From NCBI GenBank assembly GCA_002104945.1, contig MCFH01000025.1, forward strand, positions 558,001 through 622,000: a DNA stretch of 64,000 nt, read 5' to 3'. The stretch's first letter is position 1. The number at the start of each line of letters is the position of its first letter. The translations under genes and the position numbers were made by a program. Source of the stretch: Piromyces finnis finn. Its lineage: Eukaryota > Fungi > Neocallimastigomycota. Below the pieces are notes generated by a model that was given only the letters and a program-made list of their open reading frames with translations, searched no databases and was not told the DNA's origin. Shown here in pieces: positions 36,103 to 50,897 of the stretch.

Positions 36103-36638
36103 TTAGTTCTTCTTTGGGAAACAGTCGGTGAAAGACTTTCCTGGGTGCTTGTTAGAAACATGTTCTTGAAGAGCCTTTTCTCTAACGGTACAAAGGAAAG
36201 TAGTACGGCAAACTTCACAAATAATGTTCTTGGCCTTTTCGTTCTATTAAAGAAGAAGAAAAAAAAAAATTTTTTTATTTAATATAAATAGAACTACCAC
36301 CATAGTATGATTAATTAATATTATAATATAATAATATAATACATTATTTTATCTATCTTTCAATCAATCTTTTTTTTAAATTTATATTGATTCTTTTTTT
36401 TTTTTTATATTTAATACTATTGTCGATAGTATTATTTTTTTTTTTTATTTTATAAACTATAACTATTTTTTTTTTTTTTCTTTTTTTGAGGTTTCCATCA
36501 TTTTTCTTTTTTTCTTTCTTTCTTTTTTTTTTTTTTTTTTTTGGTTCAACTTACAATCTTTAATTGAGATTTTCCACCCTTTGAGGCAGTTTCCTTCATA
36601 CGTTCTCTTCTGTGTTGAGCTTTTTGACCGTTACCCAT
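36103..36638 (-). CDS. Small C2H2 Zn-finger protein, DUF1909/At2g23090-like, 74 aa
   Basis: Exons 36638-36555 and 36243-36103 give MGNGQKAQHRRERMKETASKGGKSQLKI|NEKAKNIICEVCRTTFLCTVREKALQEHVSNKHPGKSFTDCFPKKN. Confidence 0.88.
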
Positions 36639-37184
36639 CTTTATTTTATTTTATTTTTTTTTTTTTTTAAAAAAAAGTAAAAGAATTAAATTCTAAAAGG
36701 ATAAAAAAAAATTTTTTTTTACCATATTAAAATTACATTACATAAATCTTGTACAACGTAATAATGTACATTTTTAGAATGTATCAAAATTTAAAATCAT
36801 TTGAACCGCCCGGTCAAACTCATTTTTGTAAAAGATTTATATGTACAAAGTAAAATATGATTGGTTGTTTTTTTAAAAAATAAAACTTTTCTTTGTATTT
36901 CCTTTTTCCATTTTCCGTTTTCCATTTTTTTTTTTAGGAAAAGAAACGATAGGGAAAAGAGGATGGAAAAGAGAATAATTAATAAAACAATGAGGATGAT
37001 ACTTTATTACTACTAGTAATAAGATCAATGATGATGAAATTGTTATTTTTTTTTTTTTAAAAAAAAAAAGTGTTAATGAAATGACACGCTTTAATTTTTA
37101 TTTTTTTTTTTTATTTACTTTATTATTTTTCTTGGTATAGAAATAAAGATTGAATTTTTTTTTTTAATACATATAAAAAAGAGT

Positions 37185-37222
<38 letters not shown>

Positions 37223-37581
37223 AAATGTACCTATTGAAACTAATTCTAAATAAATTGGTGTGTGTGTATGTGTGTATGTATGTGTGTAAAGAAGAATGTT
37301 AAAAAAAAAAAATAAAAAAATAGCCATTAATAGAGTTTAATTGAAAAAAAAAAAAGTTATTTAGGTATTGTTTTTAAAAAAACAAGATTCTAAGATTGTA
37401 GTGTGTAGGTGTATACTGTACATACTGTGTGTGTATACAAATAAATTTTTAATAGATAAATAATAAAGAAATATTAATATATATAAGAAAGAAAGAAAGA
37501 AAGAGAAAAAAAAAAAGTATTTATAATTTGTAAAAGATATAATGGATATATATAAAGTGGTTGATTTTTTTTTTTTTTTTT

Positions 37582-40500
37582 TTAAAAAAGATTTATCGTT
37601 TTTAATTCTTTTTCATATTGTTTTTGATACGTTTCAATTTCATATAAAAGAGAGGGTGATATTAATTTTTTTGTTTCTTGATTTAATTTATTGTACCAAA
37701 GAATTACAGAGTGAAGCTCTTCTACCTGACCTTGGAATATGTCAAATATTGATTTTACTAATGAAATTTGAACGTATAAAGGAGCTTTTTTAAATAAAAA
37801 GATAAAATTGAAAAAAAAAAAAAATTAGAATATAAAATGAGACATATATAATTAGTAAATGTATAAATTTATTAGTGTAGTGAGAAATATTATTTACTTT
37901 GTTCAGAACAAAGCGCTTGGGAAAAGTTTGATCGCCATGTATCCAGTCCTTCTCTCGATTCTGTAATTTTGGTTAATTTTGATCGTGAAATTTTACCTTT
38001 ATGAAAAAAAAAAAAAAGAAATTTATTATTATAGGAATAAATAAATAAATAAATAAATAAAATTATTTATATATAATAAATATATTATATATATTTATTA
38101 TTAGCTTGAACAATAGCATTAGCAATTGCATTTGTATTACTAATAACAATAACAATAGCAATTGCATTAGCAATTACATTTGTATTTGTATTTGCATTTG
38201 TATTAACAATAGCAATAATAATTGCATTAGCAATTACATTTGCAATTACATTTGCATTAACAATAGCAATACCAATTGCATTTGTATTTGTATTTGCATT
38301 TATATTTGCATTTGTACTTGCATTTGCATTTACACTTGTATTTGTATTGGTATTAGTATTGGTGTTTATTACCTATTAATTCTATAATATATCCAGATAT
38401 TTCAGAATCTAATAATTTCCAAAGGTGAACTTTAATGACATAATTATGACAGTAGGACCATTCAAAACATGAACATATTAGTTCAAATGATTTTAATAAA
38501 TGAATACGAATGATAGACGCTAAAATATCTTTTTGTTTTTGGGAGGAGGAGGAGGCTGGTGGCAAATGAAGTAAATCTACATTCTTGATACATTCAATAA
38601 TATCTTTGTCTTCTAATAAATTTAATAATTTTTGAATAAAGGAGGCTAAATCCGCTGTCATAGCTTCCGGTTGTTTCCATTTCCATTCTTTGATAAATAT
38701 GGCGTATAAATATTTTATAGATACCTATTTTTTTTTTTTTTTTTTTTAAATACATTATTAATGAGGAGGTCATGTATCGTCGTTGTCATCCTTATTTTTT
38801 AAATTAATACTACAAATACCAATATTAGTAATGGATACTTACATGATTGAGATCAATCTTCCTTTCCATACACATATTTAGATAAAGCCAACATATTATA
38901 ACTTCAAAACTTTGGTAGAATAACCTTACCACTATAGTAATAAATTGTATGTATATATATAGGTATATTGTGTTAAAAACATTTATATATTTATTTATAT
39001 ATAGGGATATTTCCAATAGGAAAAACAAAATTTTTTTTTTTAAAGAATTAAAATGATGAAAAAAAGTTTTTTTTTTGGTGTAAAGAAAAAAAAAAAAAAA
39101 AAACTTACCCATTTTAACTTTTCTTTTCAATGTCAACGCTTCATTATTTTGATTACTTTTTGTTGATTTTAATTCGAGATTCATTTCATTGGATAGGGAA
39201 GAAGGGATGGTTGGATCTTTATTTATCAGGGAATGAGGTTCATCACTAAATAATTTATAGGAATCTATTTTATCGGTGGGGGTGGTGGTAGTAGAAGTTA
39301 AAGTATTATTATTTTTTTGATCTTCCAATAATTCTGAATAGTTTAATAGGAATGGCCATGCCTTTGCTATATTTGCAAAAATATGAATCATAATTTCAGA
39401 TCCATGGGAAGATTCTCTTAATAAATCAAAACAAAAGATTCGAGCTCTTTCATAATCCTTTAAATTTTTACATAATAAAATATAGGCTCTGGTGATACAA
39501 CTATTTTTTTTTTTTCCCCATTAGATCATACAAGTATACATTTATTTTTTAATTGTTGAGTTGGGAAGGTGTGTGGTATATATAAAGAGTGGTATATATA
39601 TATATATATATTTTTTTTTTTTAGTCATTTCATCATCCTTTAATAAATTATATATAAATTCGTTTATCTTTTTACCATAGGTAGGGATAATCTTTGGTGG
39701 TATGTTTAATTAAAACAATATCATTTGATAATGTGGAAAGAATGACATCGATGAATTTTTTCTATTTCATAAAAGTAATAATAATAATTATATCATATAT
39801 ATTATTATATTATATACAAAAATTAAATAGATGTTAATGATTTTTATTCTTTAAATTATTTAATTGTATTAATTGTATGATTATTATGATTATGATTTTT
39901 ATGATTATTTTTTTTTTTTATATACTATGATTTGTTATTCCGATGAATTATTTATCCATCTATATTTTATCAATAGGATTTTATTTTATTTTTTTTTTTT
40001 TATTTCATCAAGAAATAAATATTTAATTTTTTTTTTAAATTATAAAGACGACTTACGCCTGCATATTGATAAAGCATCCAAATTAAAAATAAGGCTTGTT
40101 TTTCAGGATAGGGTAAATGAATAGGAAGATAAATAACGAAATCATTATTACCGTAGGATTGATCATACAATGATTCATTTTCTTTATTTTTTTGTTTTTT
40201 TAAAAGGGGTTCGGGTGAATCATTTTTCTCCCACATTTGTGGTACATACATTTGGGGTGGATTACTCATGGTAGAGGAGGAAGAATATTTATGCCAATGT
40301 TGTTTAAGACATTGCATAACTGTATTAACATTTTCTGAAAATTGTTCAAAAACCGGTACTCGATGTTTTAAATCATTAATATCGGTGGATTTATTCAATA
40401 TAATTTCTAATATATTGTTTTTTTCTTTATTTTCTAAAATTGTATCAATATCTGTGAAAAAAAAAAAAATCGTATTTTAATAGATAAATAAAATTTTATT

Positions 40501-43500
40501 GTTCATCAATTGTCGTAATGGATTATAAATTTATAAAAATTATATATGGTAATTTATTGAGAAAGGAAAAAAAAAATTTTTTTTTAAAATAAAAGAAGGA
40601 TTAACCTACATTTTTTATTGGATACTCTTTTTTTAATAGAAATAATGGCCTTTAGTCTTTTTTTATTTGATGGGGACATTGGAGATTCTGGCTTTTTATC
40701 TAGTTTATTTATATAAATTATATAAATTAAATAATCCGTAATTAAATTTAATATGAATATTAAAATAATCATCATTGTCATCATAACACTTTTTTGATGT
40801 CAACTATAATAATAATAATAATAGACAATAACAACAACAACAACAACAACACTTTAATGATGATAATAGTAATAATAATAGTGTGATTTCATTATCATCA
40901 TCACTATTATTGTCATTATTATCATCATTATCATTATCAGGATGAAAAAGAAAAAAGTTGTTTTTTTATTAAAAATAATAAAAGTATATACTATGTATAC
41001 CTTGAGAAGAGGTATCATTGATGGATTGACCACTAGTATTTGCTTCATCAAAATTAATAAACTCACGTTTTGTGGAATTACTTTCAAAAGATTCATCAGC
41101 ATTCATATCTTCTTCTCCTTCGGCAACCTCATATTTTTTTAATGGTTTATGAAGATCAGAATCATCAAAAAGTAAAGTCGTATCATTATCATTATGACTA
41201 ATATCATTTTCAGTAGTAGGGGTATATTTTATAGTTTCATCTTTTTTTTTCTTATAACTTTCTTTTGATAATTCTTGCTTATTACTTTTTTTACTTGAAT
41301 CTTCATATTTTGGTTTCTTTGATTTTGAAAAATGATTACTCTCTATATCATCTTCATCCTCATGATTTACTCGTTTATTCAATTTTGAACCTTGTATAGT
41401 AAATTTATCGTTTTCAAATAATTCATGCGATGGATTTGTTGATTCATACATTGATATGGCAGAGTTACTATTTACATTTTCTTCTTTAATACTAAACTTT
41501 TGATAACGCTAATAACAACAATAAAGAAAGATTCAACGTAAAATTAAATTGATGTGGTGTTGTTATTTTGTGAATAATACAATATTATTAGGATAATCAA
41601 TGATGGTGTTGATATTATTTTATGAGTAATATAATATTATTAGGATAATCAATGGTGGTGTTGTTATTATTTTATGAGTAATAATTATATATATATATAT
41701 AAATTAAAATATTTAAAAGATAAAGATTAAAAATTTAGATAAATAAATTAAAGATGATATAGATGTCTTTTTTTTTTTTTTTATACCAAATAATGAAATA
41801 AAAACATACATGATTATTTTTAATGTCATCAATTTCCACTTGTTGTCTTGTAATGATACCGAATAAGGATAACTTTCAAGGAATAAAATAATTTTTAAAA
41901 TAAGAGATTTATTTATAAAGAATAATAATAACAATAAATAAATAAATAAAAAAACAATGATAAGAAAAATAATAATGTATATTAGTTTTATTCCTTTATC
42001 TATTAAAAGATATAGATATGTATATATGTATGTATATATTTACCTTTTCTTTTTCATGTAATTCTTCTTTATGTTTTAGAATAGATTTATAAGAATTAAT
42101 TTCTTCCTGGTATTGTCTTTTTATTTTATCTAATTTATCATCAAAACTATTTTCAAGTTTTATTTTTTTATCTTTTAATTCGGTGTATTGATTTTCCAGG
42201 TTGTTCATATCTTTGGTTAATGAACGTATTTCTTTTACCTTTTTTTCCAATAAACGTTTAGAAACATTGAGTTGATCCTGTTTTTCATTTAATTCCTTTT
42301 TTAAATTTTCACATCTTTCTTTTTCTAACGTTATGATTTCATCCTTTTCTTGCAATTTTTGATTTTGCGTTTCCAATGATGCTACTTGATTTGATTTTAA
42401 TTGATCCTCTTCACCTATCGTTGTGGTGATTTGAATATCCGTGACCTTTTTTAATTTATCGGTGAGACGAAGATTTTCTTGGAATAATAAATTTTTTTCT
42501 AGTTCCATTTGCATACGCTTTTGTTCTAATTCACTAATCGTATTATTTAATTTCCAGAGTTTAAGTTCCATTTCTTTATTGGTTTGACCTTTATCATCGT
42601 TAGCTACTTTATTTTTGGATTCATTTAATTTTAGTTCATTAATTGATTTTTCTAATTGATTTATTTTTTCATTTAATACTTTATTCTTTTTAAGTTCCTT
42701 CTCATATTCCGTCTTTATTTCCTTATAATTCTTTAATTCCTTTTCATAAATATTAATTTTATCTTTATTAATTCTTTGTTGATTTTTTGCTTGGTCTCTA
42801 TAATTACTAAAATCAATTTTATATTTTTCAATTTCCTTTTGGCTTTATTCGTTTGGTTCCAAAAGTATTGATGTTTAGGATAAATAACAAAAAATTATAA
42901 AATTTAGTAATTTCCAAATAGTAATATATAATATATATATATTTTTAAAAAAAACTATTTCATATTTAAACAATAGTAATGATAATAAACCTTAATTTTA
43001 ATTTACTTTCAAGATTTCTTAAATCATTTACTGATTTTTCAACTTTTTCTTTTAGTTTATTATTCTAAAATAAAATAAAATAAAATAAAATAAAATAAAA
43101 TAAAAAAAGCATTTAAATATTTTAATTATTATTATTATTATTATTATTATTTTAAAAAAAAAGTATTACTTCTTCCATTATTTTTTCATTTGCCTTTGAA
43201 GTTTGTTGGGTATCATTGTTATTTTTTTTCAATTCTAAAACTTCATTTTGATATTTTGTGTTGAGTTCATTTAATTTTATTTTTTCTTCTTCATTTGATT
43301 TTATTATTTCTTGTAATTTTGTTGTTTCTCCCTGAACTTTAGTTAAAAGTTCATTCAATTTTTCTTTTTCTTCTTTATTTGATTTTAAATCTTCTTGTAA
43401 TTTTGTTGTTTCGCCTTGAATTTTCTTTACCGTTTCTTCCAATGAAGTTTTTTCTTTTTTTTTAAATAATAAAATTAAATATAAAATTAAAAAAATATCC

Positions 43501-43767
43501 AATTTTTTTTTTTTTTATTGAAATAATGAAAAGAAACAAGTCCAGCAAATACTTTTATATTTTCTTTTTTAAGTATATGCTAAAATAAAATAAAAAAAAA
43601 AAAGTTTAAAATTTTTGGTTACCTTTTTTAACTTTTTCATAATATTCAAGTAATTTTGTTGAATTTCCTTGTAATGTTTTAATATGTTTCAAAGCATTGA
43701 CCAAATTCTTTTTATTTTTCTGACATTCTTCGCAACTATTTTTTTTCTGAGAATCTATTAAATTTTC

Positions 43768-43800
<33 letters not shown>

Positions 43801-44121
43801 TTATTCAACATATTATTTTTTATACAAATAATATGTATATTTAATATGTAAAGAAAAAATAATAATTTGTAAATTAAAACTTTTAATATCTTCTAAAGGT
43901 TTATTATTAATATTACTAGATACTTTATTGCCATTTAATTCTTCATTACCATTTTCTTTTGCATTTTCGCTAGATTTTTCTACATTTTTTTCTATTGAAT
44001 CTTTAGTATTTCCTTGCTCTTTCTTATCATCTATTAATTTATCTTTGGTATCCATTGTTGGGTTTTTATTTTCAACTTCTTTGTCATTATTACTATCGTG
44101 CTTATCATTGGTTAATGTCAT
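37582..44121 (-). CDS. Large multi-exon protein: N-terminal coiled coil, disordered middle, C-terminal helical domain (tentatively ICE1-like)
   Basis: Chain of same-strand ORF-track exons (43813-44121, 43152-43502, 41996-42571, 40969-41451, 40000-40398, 38825-39391, 38353-38661) with splice signals. The last exon ends ...ELKTINLF* at 37582. Exact exon structure and start are not resolved. Confidence 0.7.
38106..38370. repeat. Low-complexity TTGYAT/AATAGC hexamer repeats (intronic)
   Basis: Repeated tttgta/tttgca/aatagc units. They explain the spurious CICICI ORF. Confidence 0.8.
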
Positions 44122-44265
44122 TTTTATTTATTTTATATTTGACTTTCAAAACATACTCTTTAACAAACTAAACTATTATCAATATTATTATATTTTTATT
44201 GTTATATATAAAGTGATTGAACTTTTTCAGCATATAACAATTAGAAAAAGAAAAAATAAATAAAT

Positions 44266-44312
<47 letters not shown>

Positions 44313-45045
44313 ATTTCTATATAGAAAATAACTTTTAACTATATCATATTTATTGTAATTTTAAATATATTATTATTCATGAAATTATTGTTATAATATA
44401 TTTTATTAATATTCTTTATTTTTTTTATATAAATAATAATAATAATAAAAAAGAATATAATGTTTTTTTTTTTTTTTTTTTAATATTGTATATATTATAT
44501 TTATTATGTTAATTTGTTAATTATTAGTGAATGCAAATTTCTATTTCTTTTTTATGTTTTGTCTTTTAAAAATAAAAAAAGATAAATAATAAAAATCAAA
44601 ATATTTTCAAAATTACAAATTATTATAATTTTTTTCCACCTATTATATTATTAATTAGTATCTAAAATTTAATTAAATTTATTGGTTTATTCTTTTTTGA
44701 ATTTATTATCATTTCAACCGACAATGCACCGACAACAACAACAACAACAACAACAACAACAGACTTTTAACACACTATTCCTTTTAATTTCAACACTAAT
44801 CATGTCATCATTCTATTAATCCTTTTTTTGTATGTTTCTGTTTTTAATTTTAATAGATAATAATAAATTTTATCTATTATTTATTTTAAAATAAAAATAA
44901 TACATTGATTATAATTATTAATAAATTTATATGGAACATGCCATTACAATTTATTAATAAAATAATGACACTGTAATAAAAATCTATATTACATAAAAGA
45001 AAATAACAATATAATATTATTTATGAAATTATTAAATTATTGCAT

Positions 45046-45714
45046 TTAAAATTCTGGTTCAGCCTTCTTAAAGTATTGAAGAAGGTAAACAGCAGCAACA
45101 CAAATAATAAATATTGAAGCAACCATTGGAACTGAAATGACCTTGGTCCATAAAGCTAAACCGAAGCTATAGTAATATTTAAATTATATCAATAATAAAT
45201 ATTTTATTATTTTTTAAATACAAAATATATAATATATATGTTTAAAAAAAAATACTTACAATAAGTAGGCTATTTTTTTTTTTGAAAAATGTTTTTTTTT
45301 TTTTAAAATATAAAAAGTTAAGAGTTGAATAAATATTTATATTAGTTTTTTTTTTATTTTCCACACAAATTAATAATTAATAATAAATAATACTAACTTA
45401 AACCACGACCAAAGAAACTGTATAAAAAGTGCATTTCACGTTCAATAACATCAATTTGACGGAAACCAATAACAACTAATAAAATAGCGAAAGCGCTAAT
45501 AAAAAAGTTTACATTTTATATTAATATTATTTTTTTTTTTAAAGATTATTGTCATATATGTGTAAAGATATACTTACACATAGTACATGTTAATGACAGC
45601 ATTTGCGAATGAGAAGTATTCACCAATGTTTTTAATAAAGTTCCAAACACCACATACACCAATTAAAACAGCAGTGATGAGGTTAATGATTTGGTAAATT
45701 AATTTCTTTTCCAT
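45046..45714 (-). CDS. TVP15: TVP15/COPI-associated Golgi membrane protein, 121 aa
   Basis: Exons 45714-45578, 45495-45398, 45269-45260, 45166-45046 with consistent phases. Several hydrophobic segments and family motif FLYSFFGRGLTYLFFG. Confidence 0.8.
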
Positions 45715-46777
45715 TTTTATTTATTATCTAAGGTTTATTGATATACACATATATAATAGTTATAAGTTTGATAAGTTAATAATTACTTTTTTATATTCAC
45801 TGTTGTATAATATTTTATAGGTAATATATTCAATTCCCCATTTATTATACTATTTTTCTTCTAACAACTCTTTTATTTATATTTTAAATGGTAAAAAAAA
45901 AAAGACATTTACTTTGAATAATATAATTTATTAATAATATAAAAAAGTATAGTTATTGAATATAATATTTGTTGTATATAACTGATAATGTTGTAAAAAG
46001 AAAACAATCTTTTTGATATACAGAATATAACCTTGTTTTGTGTTTATATAACTTTTTCGAGAGTAAAAGTTTCAAAATGAAAATAAATAAAAAATTCCTT
46101 ACTATTTATATTTTTAATAGGCCACCTATTGGTTGGTGGTAAGAAAGTTTAATGCCTTTCATTATATATAATGAATGTATTGTACAATATAATAACATTA
46201 TATTCAAATATTAATAATATTCGATGGATTGGTGTAAATTAATATATTTTGTGAAAATTGAAATGAATTAGGATACACGATGATGATTGGTGGGGTTTTC
46301 ATTAAATAAATTGTTTTGTATAACGAAAATTCAAAGGAAAAATTTGTGGTAAAAGTCTTTGTTGATATTGCCACAAAAGAAGGCGGCCGTTAAATGAACA
46401 TTTTTTTTTTTACCCAGAGGAAGAATGCATTTATTTTTTAATGAATAGTATTGTAAAGTTGCAGAGATTGAATATTGTTTTTCTTTATAATGATGATATA
46501 AAATAAGTCTTTTTTTTTTTATTTATTCTAGAATATCCTTTATGATGATGATATAAGAATATTCTACATATTTATACAAGAATCATTTAATTATAAAATA
46601 TATTCAATTGTAAATACAATTATTCTATAACATTTAAAGTGTATATAAGTTTCAAAAGACATTAAATAAGATTATCTAATATATAGTTTTGTCAACAAGG
46701 CATCTGTTATTGTATTTATAAGCAGAGCCAGAATATCTTGGCTTATTATTTCTGGTTATAACAGTATTACCATTTAA

Positions 46778-46779
46778 AA

Positions 46780-46850
<71 letters not shown>

Positions 46851-46852
46851 AT
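46778..46852. repeat. (AAAT)n microsatellite
   Basis: Direct reading. Confidence 0.9.
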
Positions 46853-49800
46853 ATATGAAATGAATGAATAAAATAGATATTTATGTAATTAACATTCATC
46901 TATTATAAATAATTATTCATCTTTTGATAATGAATGCAAACATGAATGAATAGCGATAATCTATATGACCTATGACAAAATTTAATCCTTTACATAATGA
47001 ATTTTATTTTGTAGGTAATAAGGTTATAGATAATTTTATATTATTTATTTTATCTTTTTTTATATTTCTTTATTATAGTAATAACACACTACTTTCAGCT
47101 ATGATTATTATACAATTCAATGTATATACAATGTATACAATGCATAATGTGCTCTTACGTTTTCATAGTCAATCTTTTCTAATTATAAAGTTTTTTTTTA
47201 ATTAAATCATTTTCCTATAAAATTTAATTAATTATATTTTTAATTAATCTAAAAAAAGAATTTTAATTAATTATAAATCTTTTTAAAAAAATAATACTTT
47301 TCATAATGATGAAGGAATAGATCATAAAAAAAATGTCCTAATTCTTTTATGAAAAAATCCATCTATTAAATATTTTATTTTATTCTTTTTTTACATACAA
47401 ATTCCTATTAAAGTTGGTGTATGGATACTAACAAGTTTTTTTTTTTTTTTACAAAATTTTAATAACAAGAGTTTATTCCAAAAACTAAAAAAAAAAGAAA
47501 TTGGTTAAATTGATAAATGACTCATGATTCACGTACTACTAAAGGAAATATTCTATTCAAATTCAAATCTATAATAATATCAAGAGAACTTTTAAATTAT
47601 TAATAAAAAAAAAAAAGTGTTTTTTTATTATGACATTTAAATATTTATTCTTTTTTTATTATATATTATAATTTCTCTCTAAAATTTAACTGTAAATGGG
47701 TAAGGTTTAAGTAATTCATTTAAATAAACATGTCCATTTTAAATAATCTTTTAAACAACACACAGCTATGACTAATAATAATTATTAATAATTCATTCCT
47801 ACTCGTTTCTATTTTGTAAAGTTTAAATAAAATTTGGAGTATTCTATGCACTTTACTGAAAATGGAAATATTAATTATTTTTAGAATATTACACATTGGG
47901 TAGTCTTCATCAATAAAAAATACATAGACACATAATAATGAATTATTAAAGGATAGAATTAGAATTTTAATATATACTATACTCTTTACTTTAACTATTT
48001 TTTTTTCTTTTTATTAATAAATCTAAAGAATAATTCATTAGATTATGAGGAATTTACATCTTTTAAACAATAGAAGGATAGAAAAAACCTATAGTCGGGC
48101 CATGAACATTTACATCTTTTATTGAAATTGTAAAATGTTAGTATTCATGACATATATTAAATCAGATCCAATACCTTTATTTTTTAAAAATAAATCATCA
48201 AGGTCAAGATTTTATTGGGTTACATTTTTTTTAAAAAAAAAAAATTCCTCATTTTTTAAACAATATATAAATCTTAAATAATATAAAATTTAAATTGAAT
48301 ACATTATTTAATGGAATAAAAACTAAAATAATAATGATAATTAAAATACAAAAAAAAAAACCTTCAACATAATAAAATATCAAATAAAAATATTTTTATA
48401 TTTTCACTTTTTTTCACCTTTACTTCTTCTTTACCTTTTCACTTTATTAATCTTTAGTAATAAAATAAAATAAAATAAAAAAAGTGTCTCATTAAAAGTA
48501 CATTTATAAAATTTATTTTTTTTGTCTCCTTTCAAAAATATCCCCATATATTTTCATACTTTTCAAATTTAATAATAATTAAACTTTATTATTTTCTAAA
48601 CAGTTTTTTGAATAGAAAAGATGTCGATCATTTTTTTACAATATTAAAAACTCTTTATTTTGTATTTTTAACCGTTTTTTTAATTAATACTTTTTAATAT
48701 AAATTGAAATTTGTGTAAAAAATTTTAATATAATTTTAATATAATTTTAAATTGAAATTTAATCAATTTATTTACAATTTTATATTAAATTGTTTCAAAA
48801 TTTTTATTCATTAAGAAATTTTGGGAAATATTTAAAAATGAATCAATTTTTTTTTTTTAAAAAAAAGAAGAAAATGATAATAATAAATTTTATTTATTAT
48901 AAAAAAAGTAATTTATTTTTTTAATGTATAATAATAGTAAATATAAAAAGAATGGAAAGAAAAAATGAAATAATAGTAATAATTAATAGAATATGAATAT
49001 GAATTGGTCAATTATTCATTATTACAAAGTATTAAATTTAGTGTTCATATCTAATTTCATTTAATTACAAAAAGAAAGAAATATTTTTCTTTTTTTTTAA
49101 AAAAAACTCTACAAGGAAAATAAAAAATAATATTTTCCTTGTTATAATAACTTTATCCTATAATATTTTATGGTGTTATTATAGTACCCAAAAAAAATTA
49201 GGTGTGGAATTATGGAGATAATTTATATATATAGAAAACATAAAAAAAAAATGTTTATGATAACATTAAATTAAAATACGCACAAGTCTCAGGATATTTT
49301 TATTTTTATTTTTTTTTGATAATAATTATAAGAGTTTATTGAATAAAATTCTATTTTATAACTTTATGACTAGAAAAAAAAATAATTAAAATTAAAACCT
49401 TAATAAATATATAAAAATGGTATATCAATAATACATATAAAATAACATATAAAATAACTAAGAAGATATAAAATAGATACATTAGGTATACTAGGTATAA
49501 TAGGTAAAAGTATAATAAGTGTAATAGGTATATAATATGGATATACTAATAAATATAGATTATATGGAAAATGTATAAAGTATAAATATGGGTATATAAT
49601 AAAAGTATACAAATTATCTATATCTTGATATATCATTTTATTATATTTATAGTAAAAAATGGTGCATCGAAAATCCCGCCAAAATCACTTTCATTACACA
49701 TATGAGTTTACCACTCAAATACTTGCATATTTGTTAGACTCCTTGGTTATTTTACAATTTATTATTATCTTGTATTTCTTTTAGTATATGGTAGTAGGTC

Positions 49801-49911
49801 AACTTTATTTAATATTTTTTTGAACTTTAAAAATTAATATTTTTTTATGTCGTGTGTATGCATGTTTTATGTTGAATTAAAAATGTAACATTAAAGTCAA
49901 TGACTTTGTTC

Positions 49912-50897
49912 TATTTTCACCAAAATCCTTAGTTTCATCATAATAATATAGTAACATAACAAAAAAAAATAGGCTGAATTAAAGTTATATAAATGTTTCA
50001 AAATTTCATTTTTTTAATATTTTAATAATAATTAAAGTTTGGGTAAAGTCATTAAAAATAAAAAAGATAAAATTCTATATTCTATATAATTTATATTAAA
50101 AATGGTTAATAATACTGTAAAATTGGATGAAATAAATTAAATTTTAAAATAGTAAAAGGATCATCATTTTTATATTTTAATAAATTAAATTAATTTATTT
50201 TGTTTTTTCATTTAATAGGAATAATCAATTTTTATTGGATATTTTCACCAAAATCCTTAGTTTCATCATAATAATATAGCAACATAACAAAAAAAAATAG
50301 GCTGAATTAAAGTTATATAAATGTTTCAAAATTTCATTTTTTTTAATATTTTAATAATAATTAAAGTTTGGGTAAAGTCATTAAAAATAAAAAAGATAAA
50401 ATTCTATATTCTATATAATTTATATTAAAAATGGTTAATAATACTGTAAAATTGGATGAAATAAATTAAATTTTAAAATAGTAAAAGGATCATCATTTTT
50501 ATATTTTAATAAATTAAATTAATTTATTTTGTTTTTTCATTTAATAGGAATAATCAATTTTTATTGGATATTTTCACCAAAATCCTTAGTTTCATCATAA
50601 TAATATAGCAACATAACAAAAAAAAATAGGCTGAATTAAAGTTATATAAATGTTTCAAAATTTCATTTTTTTTAATATTTTAATAATAATTAAAGTTTGG
50701 GTAAAGTCATTAAAAATAAAAAAGATAAAATTCTATATTCTATATAATTTATATTAAAAATGGTTAATAATACTGTAAAATTGGATGAAATAAATTAAAT
50801 TTTAAAATAGTAAAAGGATCATCATTTTTATATTTTAATAAATTAAATTAATTTATTTTGTTTTTTCATTTAATAGGAATAATCAATTTTTATTGGA
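49912..50897. repeat. About 329-bp near-perfect direct repeat x3
   Basis: tattttcaccaaaatccttagtttcatc recurs at 49912, 50240 and 50569. Units differ by about 1 substitution and T-run length. Confidence 0.95.

Noticed and set aside
38106-38387. Cys-rich CICICI ORF as a metallothionein-like protein
   Set aside because: Product of intronic hexamer repeats, antisense to the host gene, with a non-ATG start.
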